From the NCBI GenBank assembly GCA_041641305.1, contig JBEPYN010000001.1:192001-256000 (forward strand): a stretch of DNA of 64,000 nt, written 5' to 3'. The notes below the pieces were generated by a model, which did not search any database, had not been told where the DNA came from, and was given only the letters and a program-made list of their open reading frames with translations. The position numbers and the translations under genes are program-made. Positions 9,191-18,043 of the stretch are shown in pieces (positions within the stretch are counted from its first letter, which is position 1; each line of letters opens with the position of its first letter). Source of the DNA: Nitrososphaerota archaeon. Its GTDB lineage: Archaea > Thermoproteota > Nitrososphaeria_A > Caldarchaeales > Caldarchaeaceae.

Positions 9191-9383
9191 GCGTCCTCTC
9201 CTTCTTCCCCAGAATGATTGCTTTTCCGCCACTGGGTTTAGCCAAGACCGCGCCGCAGACGTTGCATTTCACGACGATTTTCGCCGAGTCGAACACTATC
9301 TGAGTGTTTCCGCACTCGTTGCATGTCACCATGAGAAATTTTGACTGTGGAGTGGGTATCAGGTCTCCCCACATCTCCGACAT
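9183..9383 (-). CDS. rps27e: 30S ribosomal protein S27e
   Basis: PQSKFLMVTCNECGNTQIVF...CNVCGAVLAKPSGGKA; ATG 9383. Confidence 0.95.
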   Translation of the reverse strand: MSEMWGDLIPTPQSKFLMVTCNECGNTQIVFDSAKIVVKCNVCGAVLAKPSGGKAIILGKKERTLE

Positions 9384-9661
9384 CAGCGGGTCACCTCCAT
9401 TTTTCTCAGCCTGATTCCCTCCCTCATCACGCTTCGGCCACATGTGACGCATTTGAGGACGAGGGTTTTCTTGTCGGTGGTCTTCGATTTTTTCCTCTGT
9501 ATAGGGTATTTCTGGCCTCCGTAGCCCTTCAGCTCCCGTGCATGTCGTCTCGCACCCAGAGCAAGTTTTCTCTCCTTACCTTTCTTATAGAGAGAGACGG
9601 TGTGCTCCGTGTGGCTGTTGCATTTGGGACAGTAGGTTACCATCTTGGAGGGGATCTTCAT
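9383..9661 (-). CDS. rpl44e: 50S ribosomal protein L44e
   Basis: TYCPKCNSHTEH, GYGGQ, KTTDK..L.LKC..C. Confidence 0.96.
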   Translation of the reverse strand: MKIPSKMVTYCPKCNSHTEHTVSLYKKGKERKLALGARRHARELKGYGGQKYPIQRKKSKTTDKKTLVLKCVTCGRSVMREGIRLRKMEVTR

Positions 9662-9737
9662 TTCTGTTCATCATCTTTTGGAGCATGATTTAAACCGTTT
9701 GAAACACTTTTTAACAAAGTTTCCCACAATTTGACGG

Positions 9738-10154
9738 GTGCTTGATGTGCTCGTCAAAGATGTGATGACAGCTGATGTTGTTACGGTTTCCCCTGGGACA
9801 TCTGTCTACTCTGCGGCCAGGATTATGGCTGAGGAGGAGGTTGGCTCGTTGGTTGTAACGGTGGGTGAGAAGCCTGTAGGTATATTGACTGAGAGGGATG
9901 TTGTGAGGCGAGTTGTAGCAGCTGGTCTGTCACCGAAGCGAACACATGTCGAGGATGTTATGACGGCCCCTGTCGTGGTCGTCGGCGAAAACACTTCTCT
10001 CGATGAGGCCGTGGCCATTATGGCGGCCAACCGTGTAAGAAGGCTCTTAGTCGTCAGAGGTGAAAAGCTGGTCGGCATAGTCACGGTCACAGACATAGTC
10101 AGGGCCCTGGGTGAAGAATCGGCGAAAGCCGCTCCGGCAATACTGCGAAGCTAG
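9738..10154 (+). CDS. CBS-pair protein
   Basis: Two CBS repeats (VGILTERD, VGIVTVTD). Confidence 0.9.
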   Translation: MLDVLVKDVMTADVVTVSPGTSVYSAARIMAEEEVGSLVVTVGEKPVGILTERDVVRRVVAAGLSPKRTHVEDVMTAPVVVVGENTSLDEAVAIMAANRVRRLLVVRGEKLVGIVTVTDIVRALGEESAKAAPAILRS

Positions 10155-11536
10155 TCGGCCACCAGAACCTTCAAGTCGTCGATAGCCTCGGCGAAAACGT
10201 CCCTGAACCTTTCGACAAGGTTTTGGCCCGACAGCCTCATCCTACCCACGACGACGAGGTCCACGTCGCCGTAAACCTCGTCCACAGTCTCCACATCATC
10301 CCATGAAACCAGCGTCTCGTGAATTTTCTCAGGGTCAAACCTCGGGTTAAGTTTAGCCAAAATGTAGACCTTTTCGCCGCCGAAAAACCTGCGAAGCTTC
10401 CCGTTGTCCACCTCGAGACCAAGCACATCCCTCAACACCTCTTTGATGTCGCCTATGCTGAGGCGGCCGTTTTTCTCACGCGCCTTCCTCGCGAGGGCTT
10501 CCGTCGCTGAGCGGGCCCGAGGATCTGTGGGAGGCAGGCCAGTTAAATGTGCTACCAGCTTGTGGCTCGAGTAGACACCAATTTCGAAGACAGGGTTTTC
10601 GACATCATGCTGCAGTTTCTTTTCAGGCATGTATCCCTCGGGTTTCTCGACGGCCATCGACTGATGAACCCCTGCTCTTATCGTCCGCGCTTCCTCGGAT
10701 AATGGATGACGCCATGGAAGCCGCAGACCCGCCACCTTTGAGAAGAAGCCGTATAGACTGTTTAGCTTGGATCGGTCCACACCGAGGTCGATGCCATGAA
10801 TATCCTCGAGAACCGCGACAACCTCGTAGAGGTCAGCTATCCCGTTTCTGTCACCGACACCCATCACCGTCACATGAGCTTCATCAGCTCCTGCGAGAAC
10901 AGCCTCAACCGTGTTTGCAGAAGCCATGCCATAGTCGTTGTGAAAATGAGCCGCCAACGGCGCATCAGTTTTCTCTCTGAGAAATGTTATGAATTCACGG
11001 GCCTTCTGGGGGGAGAGGAGGCCCGCGGTGTCTGGGACGCTGACAAGAGTTGCTCCAGCTCTTCTCACCGAGTTGACAGCGTCTATGAGTGGGGTGAGCT
11101 GTCCGTCGACGAAGAACCGCGAAGCATCCTCTACCGTGGCCCTCACATACCTGAACCCCATCTCCCGAGCCGTCTTCACAGCATCCACCAACCTCTCCAA
11201 ACCCTCCTGAAAACTAATGCCACGCAGCTTATGTCTCCGATGAATCTCCGTCAACGCGATGTAGAGGCCGACACCCGTGGCATCATACTTCGCAGCGGCC
11301 TCAAGGTCATCCCTCACAGCTCTGCCATGCAGGACAACCTCAAACCCAAGAGTGTTACATTTCCTCACAAGGGGCTCGACATCCTCCCGCGTGGTCCGAG
11401 GAGGATAATCCACCGTAATCTCCACCCTCTTTACCCCCGCTTCCGCAAGCTTCTCCACCAACTCCAGCTTAGCGGAGAGCTTGAGAACCCTGAAAAGCTC
11501 ACCCTCCCTCAACGTCGAGTCAAGAAGCGTAGTCAA
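10151..11536 (-). CDS. DRE-TIM metallolyase (homocitrate/isopropylmalate synthase family) with C-terminal Lrp/AsnC (RAM)-like domain
   Basis: DSTLREGE, PDTAG, HFHNDYG, AGVH; C-terminal VDEVYGDVDLVV typical of RAM domains. Confidence 0.8.
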   Translation of the reverse strand: MTTLLDSTLREGELFRVLKLSAKLELVEKLAEAGVKRVEITVDYPPRTTREDVEPLVRKCNTLGFEVVLHGRAVRDDLEAAAKYDATGVGLYIALTEIHRRHKLRGISFQEGLERLVDAVKTAREMGFRYVRATVEDASRFFVDGQLTPLIDAVNSVRRAGATLVSVPDTAGLLSPQKAREFITFLREKTDAPLAAHFHNDYGMASANTVEAVLAGADEAHVTVMGVGDRNGIADLYEVVAVLEDIHGIDLGVDRSKLNSLYGFFSKVAGLRLPWRHPLSEEARTIRAGVHQSMAVEKPEGYMPEKKLQHDVENPVFEIGVYSSHKLVAHLTGLPPTDPRARSATEALARKAREKNGRLSIGDIKEVLRDVLGLEVDNGKLRRFFGGEKVYILAKLNPRFDPEKIHETLVSWDDVETVDEVYGDVDLVVVGRMRLSGQNLVERFRDVFAEAIDDLKVLVAD

Positions 11537-11602
11537 CCCAGGTCGAAAATCTTTTAAAACAATCGTATTTAATGATTGTGTATTTCTACGAAAATTGTAT
11601 CA

Positions 11603-12118
11603 TCATTCCTTTCCCCGTAAATATCCACCGCTAACCAAGCTTTCAAAAACACCTTTTCTAACCCTGCGAAGAACCTCCTCATCAGACTCCAGAGTGTTCA
11701 GCAAAGCCTCCAAAACAGCCGTAGAGGTTTCGCTGAGGCTGTGCTCCATCCTCTCCGCCTCCACCTCTGCCGAGAGCTCATCAAGCCCAATCGCCTGAAA
11801 AAGCCTCGAAACGGTGTCATGTCTGTGCTTAAGCTGCCGCACCTTCGCAAACCCTTCCTCCGTAAGTTCAAGAACCTTGTAGGGCTGATAGCGGAGATAC
11901 CCCTTTTCGCAGAGCCGTGTAATAACTTTCTTGACCGTGCTGGGGGCCACGTTTAAGGCTTTGGCGACATCAACCGGCCGAACCCTGCCTTCCCGTCTCT
12001 GAAGAATTTCATAAACCGCTTCCAAATACTCCTCAGCGAGCTTCACGCTCCCCCTCTCACGCTTATGCGCTCGCATAAGGGCCTCTATACGGCTACTCGG
12101 CTCCAACACAAATGACAA
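11603..12118 (-). CDS. DtxR/MntR-family metal-dependent regulator
   Basis: EEYLEAVY, DVAKALNVAPSTV, LTEEG, EAERMEH. Confidence 0.9.
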   Translation of the reverse strand: MSFVLEPSSRIEALMRAHKRERGSVKLAEEYLEAVYEILQRREGRVRPVDVAKALNVAPSTVKKVITRLCEKGYLRYQPYKVLELTEEGFAKVRQLKHRHDTVSRLFQAIGLDELSAEVEAERMEHSLSETSTAVLEALLNTLESDEEVLRRVRKGVFESLVSGGYLRGKE

Positions 12119-12145
12119 CGAGAACCCATCTAATAAACAAAAAAA

Positions 12146-12622
12146 TTAGAGGTTCAGGAGGCTGTCCACAGAGTAGGCTCCTGCACCTGTGAAAACCAGC
12201 AGCAGAGCAGCCGCCAGAATCAGTAGGTCGAACTCCCATCCACCGACTCCGGACATGAAACCCCGCATAAACTGTCGAGAACCCGCGACCATCTGCTGCA
12301 GCATCTCAGGAGGCGGCACAAACTTGCCCAGCTTCGACAAATAAAGAACTATCGTGCCAATCATCTCGATGAAGAAGAGCAGCCCGGCCACCTGTGTCCA
12401 GAAGCCGATTATCAGCGCTATGCCGCCCACGAACTCGAGAAGCCCCGCAAGGTCGAAAAGGCCTCCCGGGATACCCAGCTGAGACATGCCGCCGCGCATC
12501 TGCTTCCTCATCTGGCCGAAGAGCTTCGGCGCTCCGTGGACCACCATTATGAACCCCAGCACAACCCGTAGCACCAGAAGACCTATGTCCACAAACCCCG
12601 ATAAATCACCCAACACGGCCAT
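12146..12622 (-). CDS. DoxX-family membrane protein
   Basis: LLVLRVVLG..MVVHGAPKLFG, LEFVGG, GWEF, GAGAYSVD; ATG 12622. Confidence 0.88.
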   Translation of the reverse strand: MAVLGDLSGFVDIGLLVLRVVLGFIMVVHGAPKLFGQMRKQMRGGMSQLGIPGGLFDLAGLLEFVGGIALIIGFWTQVAGLLFFIEMIGTIVLYLSKLGKFVPPPEMLQQMVAGSRQFMRGFMSGVGGWEFDLLILAAALLLVFTGAGAYSVDSLLNL

Positions 12623-12642
12623 ATTGCTCACCTTTCGCAACC

Positions 12643-12685
12643 TACTGGCAAAAGGCAAGTATTTAAAATGCTAAGAGGCAAGTAT
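12643..12685. promoter_or_regulatory. Candidate operator between divergent doxX and hxlR-like genes
   Basis: Inverted repeat TACTGGC-N5-GCAAGTA (12643-12661) and direct repeat AGGCAAGTAT (12653, 12676) flanking TTTAAA. Confidence 0.5.
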
Positions 12686-12693
12686 GCCGCTAG

Positions 12694-13044
12694 ATGACGC
12701 GGGCGAAAGCTGTTCAGGCAGGTAACGTCTGTCCCATGGTTTCGGCGACGAAACTGCTTGGAAGCGTTTGGTCGATGGTCATAATCTCATACCTTGTCCA
12801 AGGGCCTAAGGGGTTCAACGAGCTGCTCAAAGCCGTGCCAGGGCTCAACTCCAAAACCCTTTCAAGAACACTCAAAAGCCTACAGAGGAAAGGCCTCGTT
12901 GAAAGAAGAGTTCTGAACTTACAGCCCTTCTCAGTATCCTACTCATTGACCCCCATGGCTATGGAGCTAGCACCAATACTCGAACAACTGAGAAAATGGG
13001 GCATAAAATGGGCTATGCAAAACTCTCGAAAACCACCAGCATAA
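12694..13044 (+). CDS. HxlR-family (DUF24) winged-helix regulator
   Basis: CP..ATKLLG..W, GFNEL, LSRTLKSL, VSYSLT; N-terminal Cys conserved. Confidence 0.9.
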   Translation: MTRAKAVQAGNVCPMVSATKLLGSVWSMVIISYLVQGPKGFNELLKAVPGLNSKTLSRTLKSLQRKGLVERRVLNLQPFSVSYSLTPMAMELAPILEQLRKWGIKWAMQNSRKPPA

Positions 13045-13106
13045 AAACGGGCACCTTTATTGTTCAGCTGCCGAACAATAGAGACGCCGCAAAGACGCCT
13101 CTTATG

Positions 13107-13213
13107 CGCCGGGGGTGGGATTTGAACCCACGCGGCCCGCGAAGGCCACCGGCTTTCTTGACCAGCTTGTATGATCTCGAGGCCGGCCCACTGCCTGGCT
13201 GTGGGACCCCGGC
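13107..13213 (-). tRNA. tRNA-Ser(CGA) with 21-nt intron at 37/38 (13155-13175)
   Basis: Acceptor GCCGGGG/CCCCGGC, anticodon stem CCGGC/GCCGG around CT-CGA-G^A, long variable arm GGCC-TTCGCG-GGCC, GTTCAAATC T-loop. Confidence 0.92.
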
Positions 13214-13240
13214 TTCTCCCTGTGTTGCTGTTTGCCGTTT

Positions 13241-14185
13241 TTATACATAGTCTTCTCTGTTTATGAGGTTGTCGGGGGTTTGTCCCGAGAAGTATTTTAT
13301 TATGTTTTGGACGGCTGACCTGAGCATTTTTGTGTAGACCTCGTGGGAGCCGAATGCTCCCGCTATCCAGGGTGTTCCCATGAAGTTTGGGAGCTTTATG
13401 AGCTCTGTTTCCCACGGCTCGCCTCGTTTAATCTCCCACCATACGTCTGTTGCGAAGACGATGTCCGGCCTCTCTTTTAGGAAGTCTAAGAGGTCTCCGT
13501 GGTCAACAACCTCCGCGCGGCCCACGTTTACTACTATGCATCCTTTCTTGAGAAGTGGAAGGTTGTTTCGGTTGAACATGCCTCTCGTATGTTTCGTCAG
13601 GGGAGCGGAGATAACCATGATGTCCGCTTCCGGCAGGGCCTCTTCCAGCTTTGTCCATGGGAGGATTTTATCTGCGTAGCCTCTCGTCTTGCCTGACTTT
13701 GTGACGCCTATCACACGCATTCCGAAGCATTTGGCCACTTCAGCGACCTTTACACCTATTGACCCCATCCCAACGATGAGGATGGTCCTACCGTTTAGCT
13801 GTAAAACTTCGACGTCTCTCTCGAAAACGGCGTTCCGTATTTTATCGTAGTAGTGTGGGATTTTCTTGGCTATGCTGAGTATCATGGCCCATGTGTGTTC
13901 GTTTACTGACTCGGCGTTGGAGCCCATGTTACCAGCCACCATGATATGTTCGGGGAGGTGCTGCCACGCCACGCCGTCGACGCCCGCCGACAAAACCTGC
14001 ACGAATTTGAGATTTGTTAGCTTGGCTATCTCCTCCGGCTTCAGAGTGATGCATAGAACTGCTTCAGCAGCTCTCTTGTATTCTTCGAAGTTTGGTGAAT
14101 TCTTTGTCACAACCTCGGCGTATCTCTCGATCTGGTTGACTAATTCTTGATCAAGGTCGACGTATGAAAGAAATGTTCTCTTCAT
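13241..14185 (-). CDS. D-isomer-specific 2-hydroxyacid dehydrogenase family
   Basis: SAGVD, GMGSIG Rossmann motif, VNVGRA, DVWW, TPWIAG. Confidence 0.9.
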   Translation of the reverse strand: MKRTFLSYVDLDQELVNQIERYAEVVTKNSPNFEEYKRAAEAVLCITLKPEEIAKLTNLKFVQVLSAGVDGVAWQHLPEHIMVAGNMGSNAESVNEHTWAMILSIAKKIPHYYDKIRNAVFERDVEVLQLNGRTILIVGMGSIGVKVAEVAKCFGMRVIGVTKSGKTRGYADKILPWTKLEEALPEADIMVISAPLTKHTRGMFNRNNLPLLKKGCIVVNVGRAEVVDHGDLLDFLKERPDIVFATDVWWEIKRGEPWETELIKLPNFMGTPWIAGAFGSHEVYTKMLRSAVQNIIKYFSGQTPDNLINREDYV

Positions 14186-14760
14186 CCGCTGAAAGTGTCT
14201 TCAGGTGCTGGATAATAAACTTCCGTGACGAGTTTCCGTGAGCAGTAGATGCAGTATACTACAGTTTTTGCGCATTCCTGCATGTAGACGGCTCCGCAGC
14301 TGCATTCGATGATGACATCCGCCTCCGCTTCGGGTTTTGATGGCAGGAATGGTTTGATGGGTTTGCCGCAGTATGCGCACATTCTTGAGAGGGCCATCAC
14401 ATCCCTTATGGTGAATAGGCCGATTACCTGGTTGTTGCTGGTCACGATTAGTCTCCTAACTTTTTTACGGTTCATGAGGTCGACGGCTTCGAGAAGCGAT
14501 GCTTCTATGTCGACGGTTATCAAGGGTTTTGACATCACTTCTCTGACTTGGGTCTTTGTCGGGTCCCTGCCAGTCGCCACAACCTTAGACACTATGTCTC
14601 TTTCAGTCACCAGCCCCACAGGCTCTCCTTTACTTGTTACCACTATGCCGCTGATTTTTTTCTCAGCCATTATTTTGGCCGCATCTGTTGCGGATGAAGT
14701 TTCCTCGACGCTTATTATCGGGCTTTTGACCACGTCCTTAACTTTCGCTGTTTGCCACAA
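14182..14760 (-). CDS. CBS-pair protein with C-terminal Cys-rich RING-like domain
   Basis: Two CBS repeats followed by CAYC-x21-CSC-x4-M-x2-C-x6-CIYC. Confidence 0.85.
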   Translation of the reverse strand: MWQTAKVKDVVKSPIISVEETSSATDAAKIMAEKKISGIVVTSKGEPVGLVTERDIVSKVVATGRDPTKTQVREVMSKPLITVDIEASLLEAVDLMNRKKVRRLIVTSNNQVIGLFTIRDVMALSRMCAYCGKPIKPFLPSKPEAEADVIIECSCGAVYMQECAKTVVYCIYCSRKLVTEVYYPAPEDTFSG

Positions 14761-14842
14761 CGGTCATAGAACATCTCGGCGTGATAAAAGCGTTGTCTAG
14801 GCTGGAAAAGGCTCAAATAACCCGTCCAGTCGATAATTTGCG

Positions 14843-15493
14843 ATGAGGGTTTTACAGGCTTCTGACATTCATGGAAGCGTGTCAGCGGCATCTTCTCTCG
14901 CGGAGAAGGCTGTGGAGTATGATGTCGTTGTTCTTGTGGGCGACATAACGCATTTTGGAGCTGTGCCTCAGGCTGAGACGATACTGGGAACGGTCGCTAA
15001 AAGCGGTCGGCTTGTTTTGTTTGTACCAGGGAACTGCGACCATCCATCTCTTCTTAGCTGGCGACCATCCATCAGCAACGTCGTCAACCTTCATGCAGCA
15101 AGCCTGCGACACGCCGATTACGCGTTTTATGGATTGGGTGGCGGTAATCTATCACCCTTCAACACTTTGATAGAGTTCAGCGAGGAGGAGTTTGAGACGA
15201 TGTTGTCTAAGCTCAATCCCTCGTCAGAAAACTTTATCCTCCTCTCACATACACCGCCTCATGGTGTTGACGCCGACGTGGGCCGTGGACGCCATCTCGG
15301 CAGCACCGCAATACGAAAATTTGTCGAATCAAGAAAGCCTCTTGCTGTCTGCTGCGGCCACATACATGAAGCACGCTCGATCTCGAGGATAGGCGATACC
15401 GTAGTGGTGAACGCCGGACCAGCTAAAGAGGGCTTCTACGCATCACTCGAAATTCGGGGAAAAGAGGTTAAAGCAGAGCTCCTCAGCTTTTAG
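14843..15493 (+). CDS. Calcineurin-like metallophosphoesterase
   Basis: SDIHG, GDIT, PGNCD, SHTPP, GHIHE. Confidence 0.92.
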   Translation: MRVLQASDIHGSVSAASSLAEKAVEYDVVVLVGDITHFGAVPQAETILGTVAKSGRLVLFVPGNCDHPSLLSWRPSISNVVNLHAASLRHADYAFYGLGGGNLSPFNTLIEFSEEEFETMLSKLNPSSENFILLSHTPPHGVDADVGRGRHLGSTAIRKFVESRKPLAVCCGHIHEARSISRIGDTVVVNAGPAKEGFYASLEIRGKEVKAELLSF

Positions 15494-15498
15494 CTAAG

Positions 15499-16293
15499 AT
15501 GCCGCGGAGAAAGCTGGTGGCTGAAGTCATCAACGTCGGCAACGAGCTTCTCGACGGCCGAACAATCAACACAAACCTGAACTGGCTATGTGGAAAACTT
15601 TCCGAACTCGGCTACGTTGTCAGGAGAGCCACAATAGTAAGAGATGATTTGAATGACATAGCGAAGACTGTACGGGAAGCCTTGAGACGAAAACCTATGT
15701 GGCTCTTCATCAGCGGCGGCCTCGGACCAACCCATGACGACAAAACGCTTCAAGCAGTTGCGAAAGCTCTTGGGAGGAGGTTGAAGCTTCACAGGGATGC
15801 TGCAGAAAGCATCCGTCGGCGATACACGGAGCTAGCTGAGGCCGGAGTCATCAAGGATCCAACGCTGACAAAGGAGAGGCTTAAGATGGCTAAGCTTCCG
15901 GAGGGCGCGCAGCCGCTTAGAAACCGAGTCGGCACAGCTCCCGGCGTGTTGCTGGAGAAATCAGGTGTGAAGCTTGTTTGTCTCCCGGGTGTCCCGAAGG
16001 AGTTGATGGATATTTTTGAGAATGAGCTGCGGCCGCTTCTACGTGAAACAGCGGGCGATAGAGGTTTTCTCATTCAGCAACTATTTGTGGAAGGGGTTGT
16101 TGAGTCACGTCTCGCCCCTCTTCTGGTAGAGACCATGAAGAGGTTTAGAGGTGTTTATCTCAAGAGCAACCCGAAAGGCGCTGAAAAGGTTTCGCAGGTT
16201 ATAGTGGATTTTATCGCTGAGAAAAAAGATAAGAAGAAGCTTCTCGAAGCCATGGAGTATTTCAGCAAACGTCTAGAAGAGATAAAGGCTTAA
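15499..16293 (+). CDS. CinA N-terminal/MoCF-domain protein (COG1058)
   Basis: GNELLDGRTINTN, SGGLGPTHDDKT, GTAPG, LPGVPKE. Confidence 0.9.
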   Translation: MPRRKLVAEVINVGNELLDGRTINTNLNWLCGKLSELGYVVRRATIVRDDLNDIAKTVREALRRKPMWLFISGGLGPTHDDKTLQAVAKALGRRLKLHRDAAESIRRRYTELAEAGVIKDPTLTKERLKMAKLPEGAQPLRNRVGTAPGVLLEKSGVKLVCLPGVPKELMDIFENELRPLLRETAGDRGFLIQQLFVEGVVESRLAPLLVETMKRFRGVYLKSNPKGAEKVSQVIVDFIAEKKDKKKLLEAMEYFSKRLEEIKA

Positions 16294-16317
16294 TACCGTT
16301 TCCCATCGAAATGAGCC

Positions 16318-17334
16318 ATGTCTTTGGAGGAGAGTTTTGAGAAGGCTTGGCGAATTGTTCTCAACTCGCCGGCTATGTATAGGGAAGGGTTCAGAAAAGG
16401 GGAGATGCTCTCAAACTCGGTGAACCCTGTGTATGTGAGGAGAATTTTTGTCGCAGGTGTCGGTGGCTCAGGGATAGTCGGAGACATAATCTCGGCGATC
16501 AGAGACCCTAATTCTTCGCTCCAAGTGGAAACTCTGAAGACATTCCACTTGCCGGGTTACGTGGGCCCCGACACCTTGTTAATCCCGGTGAGTTACTCGG
16601 GCGACACAGTTGAAACATGCTGGTCTTTTATCGACGGTTTTTCGAAGAGTGTTGCCATTGTTGGTGTCTCTTCGGGCGGGCGGCTTGCATCCCTGATGGA
16701 GATGAGAGGGCTCCGGGTTGTGAAGGTGTCGGAGGGGCTTCAGCCTCGCTACGCTGTCCCAGAGATGGTTGGCGCGGTCTACGGCCTTTTGACAGGTTTC
16801 GAAGCCTTTCCACGTGAAAAATTCCTTCAAGCTGTCGATGAATTCGAGACATTTGCGAAACAGTTTTCAGAGAATGGTTATCAATCGGTGGTTGATCAGG
16901 CGAGGCCTTTGCTTGGAAGACATGCGGTAATTGTTTCGGCCGACCACCTCTACTCCGCGGCCTATCGCCTGAAGTGCCAATTAAACGAGAACGCCAAGCA
17001 TCCATGCCATGTTGCCACAGCGCCTGAAGCATTTCATAACGAGGTGGAGGGGTGGTCCAGCCACGGCAACTACTGTTACGTTTTTCTCAGGAGCGAATAT
17101 GAGCAGCTCATGGTGTCCGATGGACTTGACTGGATGGAGGATTATCTCCGGTCAAAGGGGGCCGCGGTCGTGGAATTAAGGGCAAAGTCTTCGTCCACTA
17201 TATCGGAGCTGTTGAAACTTCTGCTACTGGCAGATTTTATGAGTCTCGGTGTCGCTTTCCTCAAGAAAGTGGATCCGATAGGGCTGCAGGCAATACCCAA
17301 GATAAGGCCTTTGCTTAGACGCCATCTACCCTAA
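16318..17334 (+). CDS. Bifunctional phosphoglucose/phosphomannose isomerase
   Basis: GVGGSG, SYSGDTVET, QPRYA, RLKCQLNENAK, PEAFHNEVEG. Confidence 0.9.
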   Translation: MSLEESFEKAWRIVLNSPAMYREGFRKGEMLSNSVNPVYVRRIFVAGVGGSGIVGDIISAIRDPNSSLQVETLKTFHLPGYVGPDTLLIPVSYSGDTVETCWSFIDGFSKSVAIVGVSSGGRLASLMEMRGLRVVKVSEGLQPRYAVPEMVGAVYGLLTGFEAFPREKFLQAVDEFETFAKQFSENGYQSVVDQARPLLGRHAVIVSADHLYSAAYRLKCQLNENAKHPCHVATAPEAFHNEVEGWSSHGNYCYVFLRSEYEQLMVSDGLDWMEDYLRSKGAAVVELRAKSSSTISELLKLLLLADFMSLGVAFLKKVDPIGLQAIPKIRPLLRRHLP

Positions 17335-18043
17335 GCTTCTGAAGCAGGGGGATGGCTTCGATTTTTTCACGTGGCAACAGGTGCCAGATTATTCCGGATG
17401 GCTTCGGGTTTTTCGGACAGTTTATCACCCTCGTGTTGGTGAATATCCTGTCAACGGGTAGGTCGAAAGCCTCATGCGGTATGTTGTCAACAATTTGTAG
17501 GTCGTGGACCGTTGTGTAGATGGGTGTATCTTCATCGACTATGGAAAAGGTTCTGAGTAGAGCGTATTCAATCTCCGAATATCCCTCGCCTTTGCCCACT
17601 CTCCAGCCTTTGGGTGAAACAGCCACACTACCCGCAACCACCAAGTCGATGCTGGGCAGTTCTCTTAGCTCAACCTTTACACCGTATCTGAATGCGCCCG
17701 TTATGGTAGCCGCCTCTTTCAACGCGTGTTGAGGTAGTTTTCGCGGGTTTAGCATCAGAAAGCCTTGCCTGATTCGCGGCGTAGGCATGATGAGTTTTTT
17801 GCCGTCGCGGAGAACCATCCGGCGCACAGGTGCTTGGGGAGCGTCGGGGTTGACCTTGACAACCTCTGCAGAGCTGTAGTGTTTGCTTTTGCGGAGAAGG
17901 TTCGCCGCCTCAGCTGCACCCTTGAAGTTAGGTATCCTTCCAGCCACAGGGGTCGGAAAAGCCGCTACCCCACGTTCCTCGAGAAGACGCCAAACCCTCT
18001 CCCTAATCTCCTGCTTGGATGTTGCCGCGTCTCTAACCTCCAC
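17315..18043 (-). CDS. 5-formyltetrahydrofolate cyclo-ligase paralog (COG0212/MTHFSD-like)
   Basis: GRIPNFKGA, KVNPDAPQ, PTPR, RVGKGEGYSEIEY, TTVHDLQ. Confidence 0.88.
   Translation of the reverse strand: MEVRDAATSKQEIRERVWRLLEERGVAAFPTPVAGRIPNFKGAAEAANLLRKSKHYSSAEVVKVNPDAPQAPVRRMVLRDGKKLIMPTPRIRQGFLMLNPRKLPQHALKEAATITGAFRYGVKVELRELPSIDLVVAGSVAVSPKGWRVGKGEGYSEIEYALLRTFSIVDEDTPIYTTVHDLQIVDNIPHEAFDLPVDRIFTNTRVINCPKNPKPSGIIWHLLPREKIEAIPLLQKLRVDGV

Noticed and set aside
12939-13415. ORFs spanning tRNA-Ser, and similarly 26182-26511 over tRNA-Glu
   Set aside because: They overlap tRNA genes and well-supported CDSs; no protein motifs.
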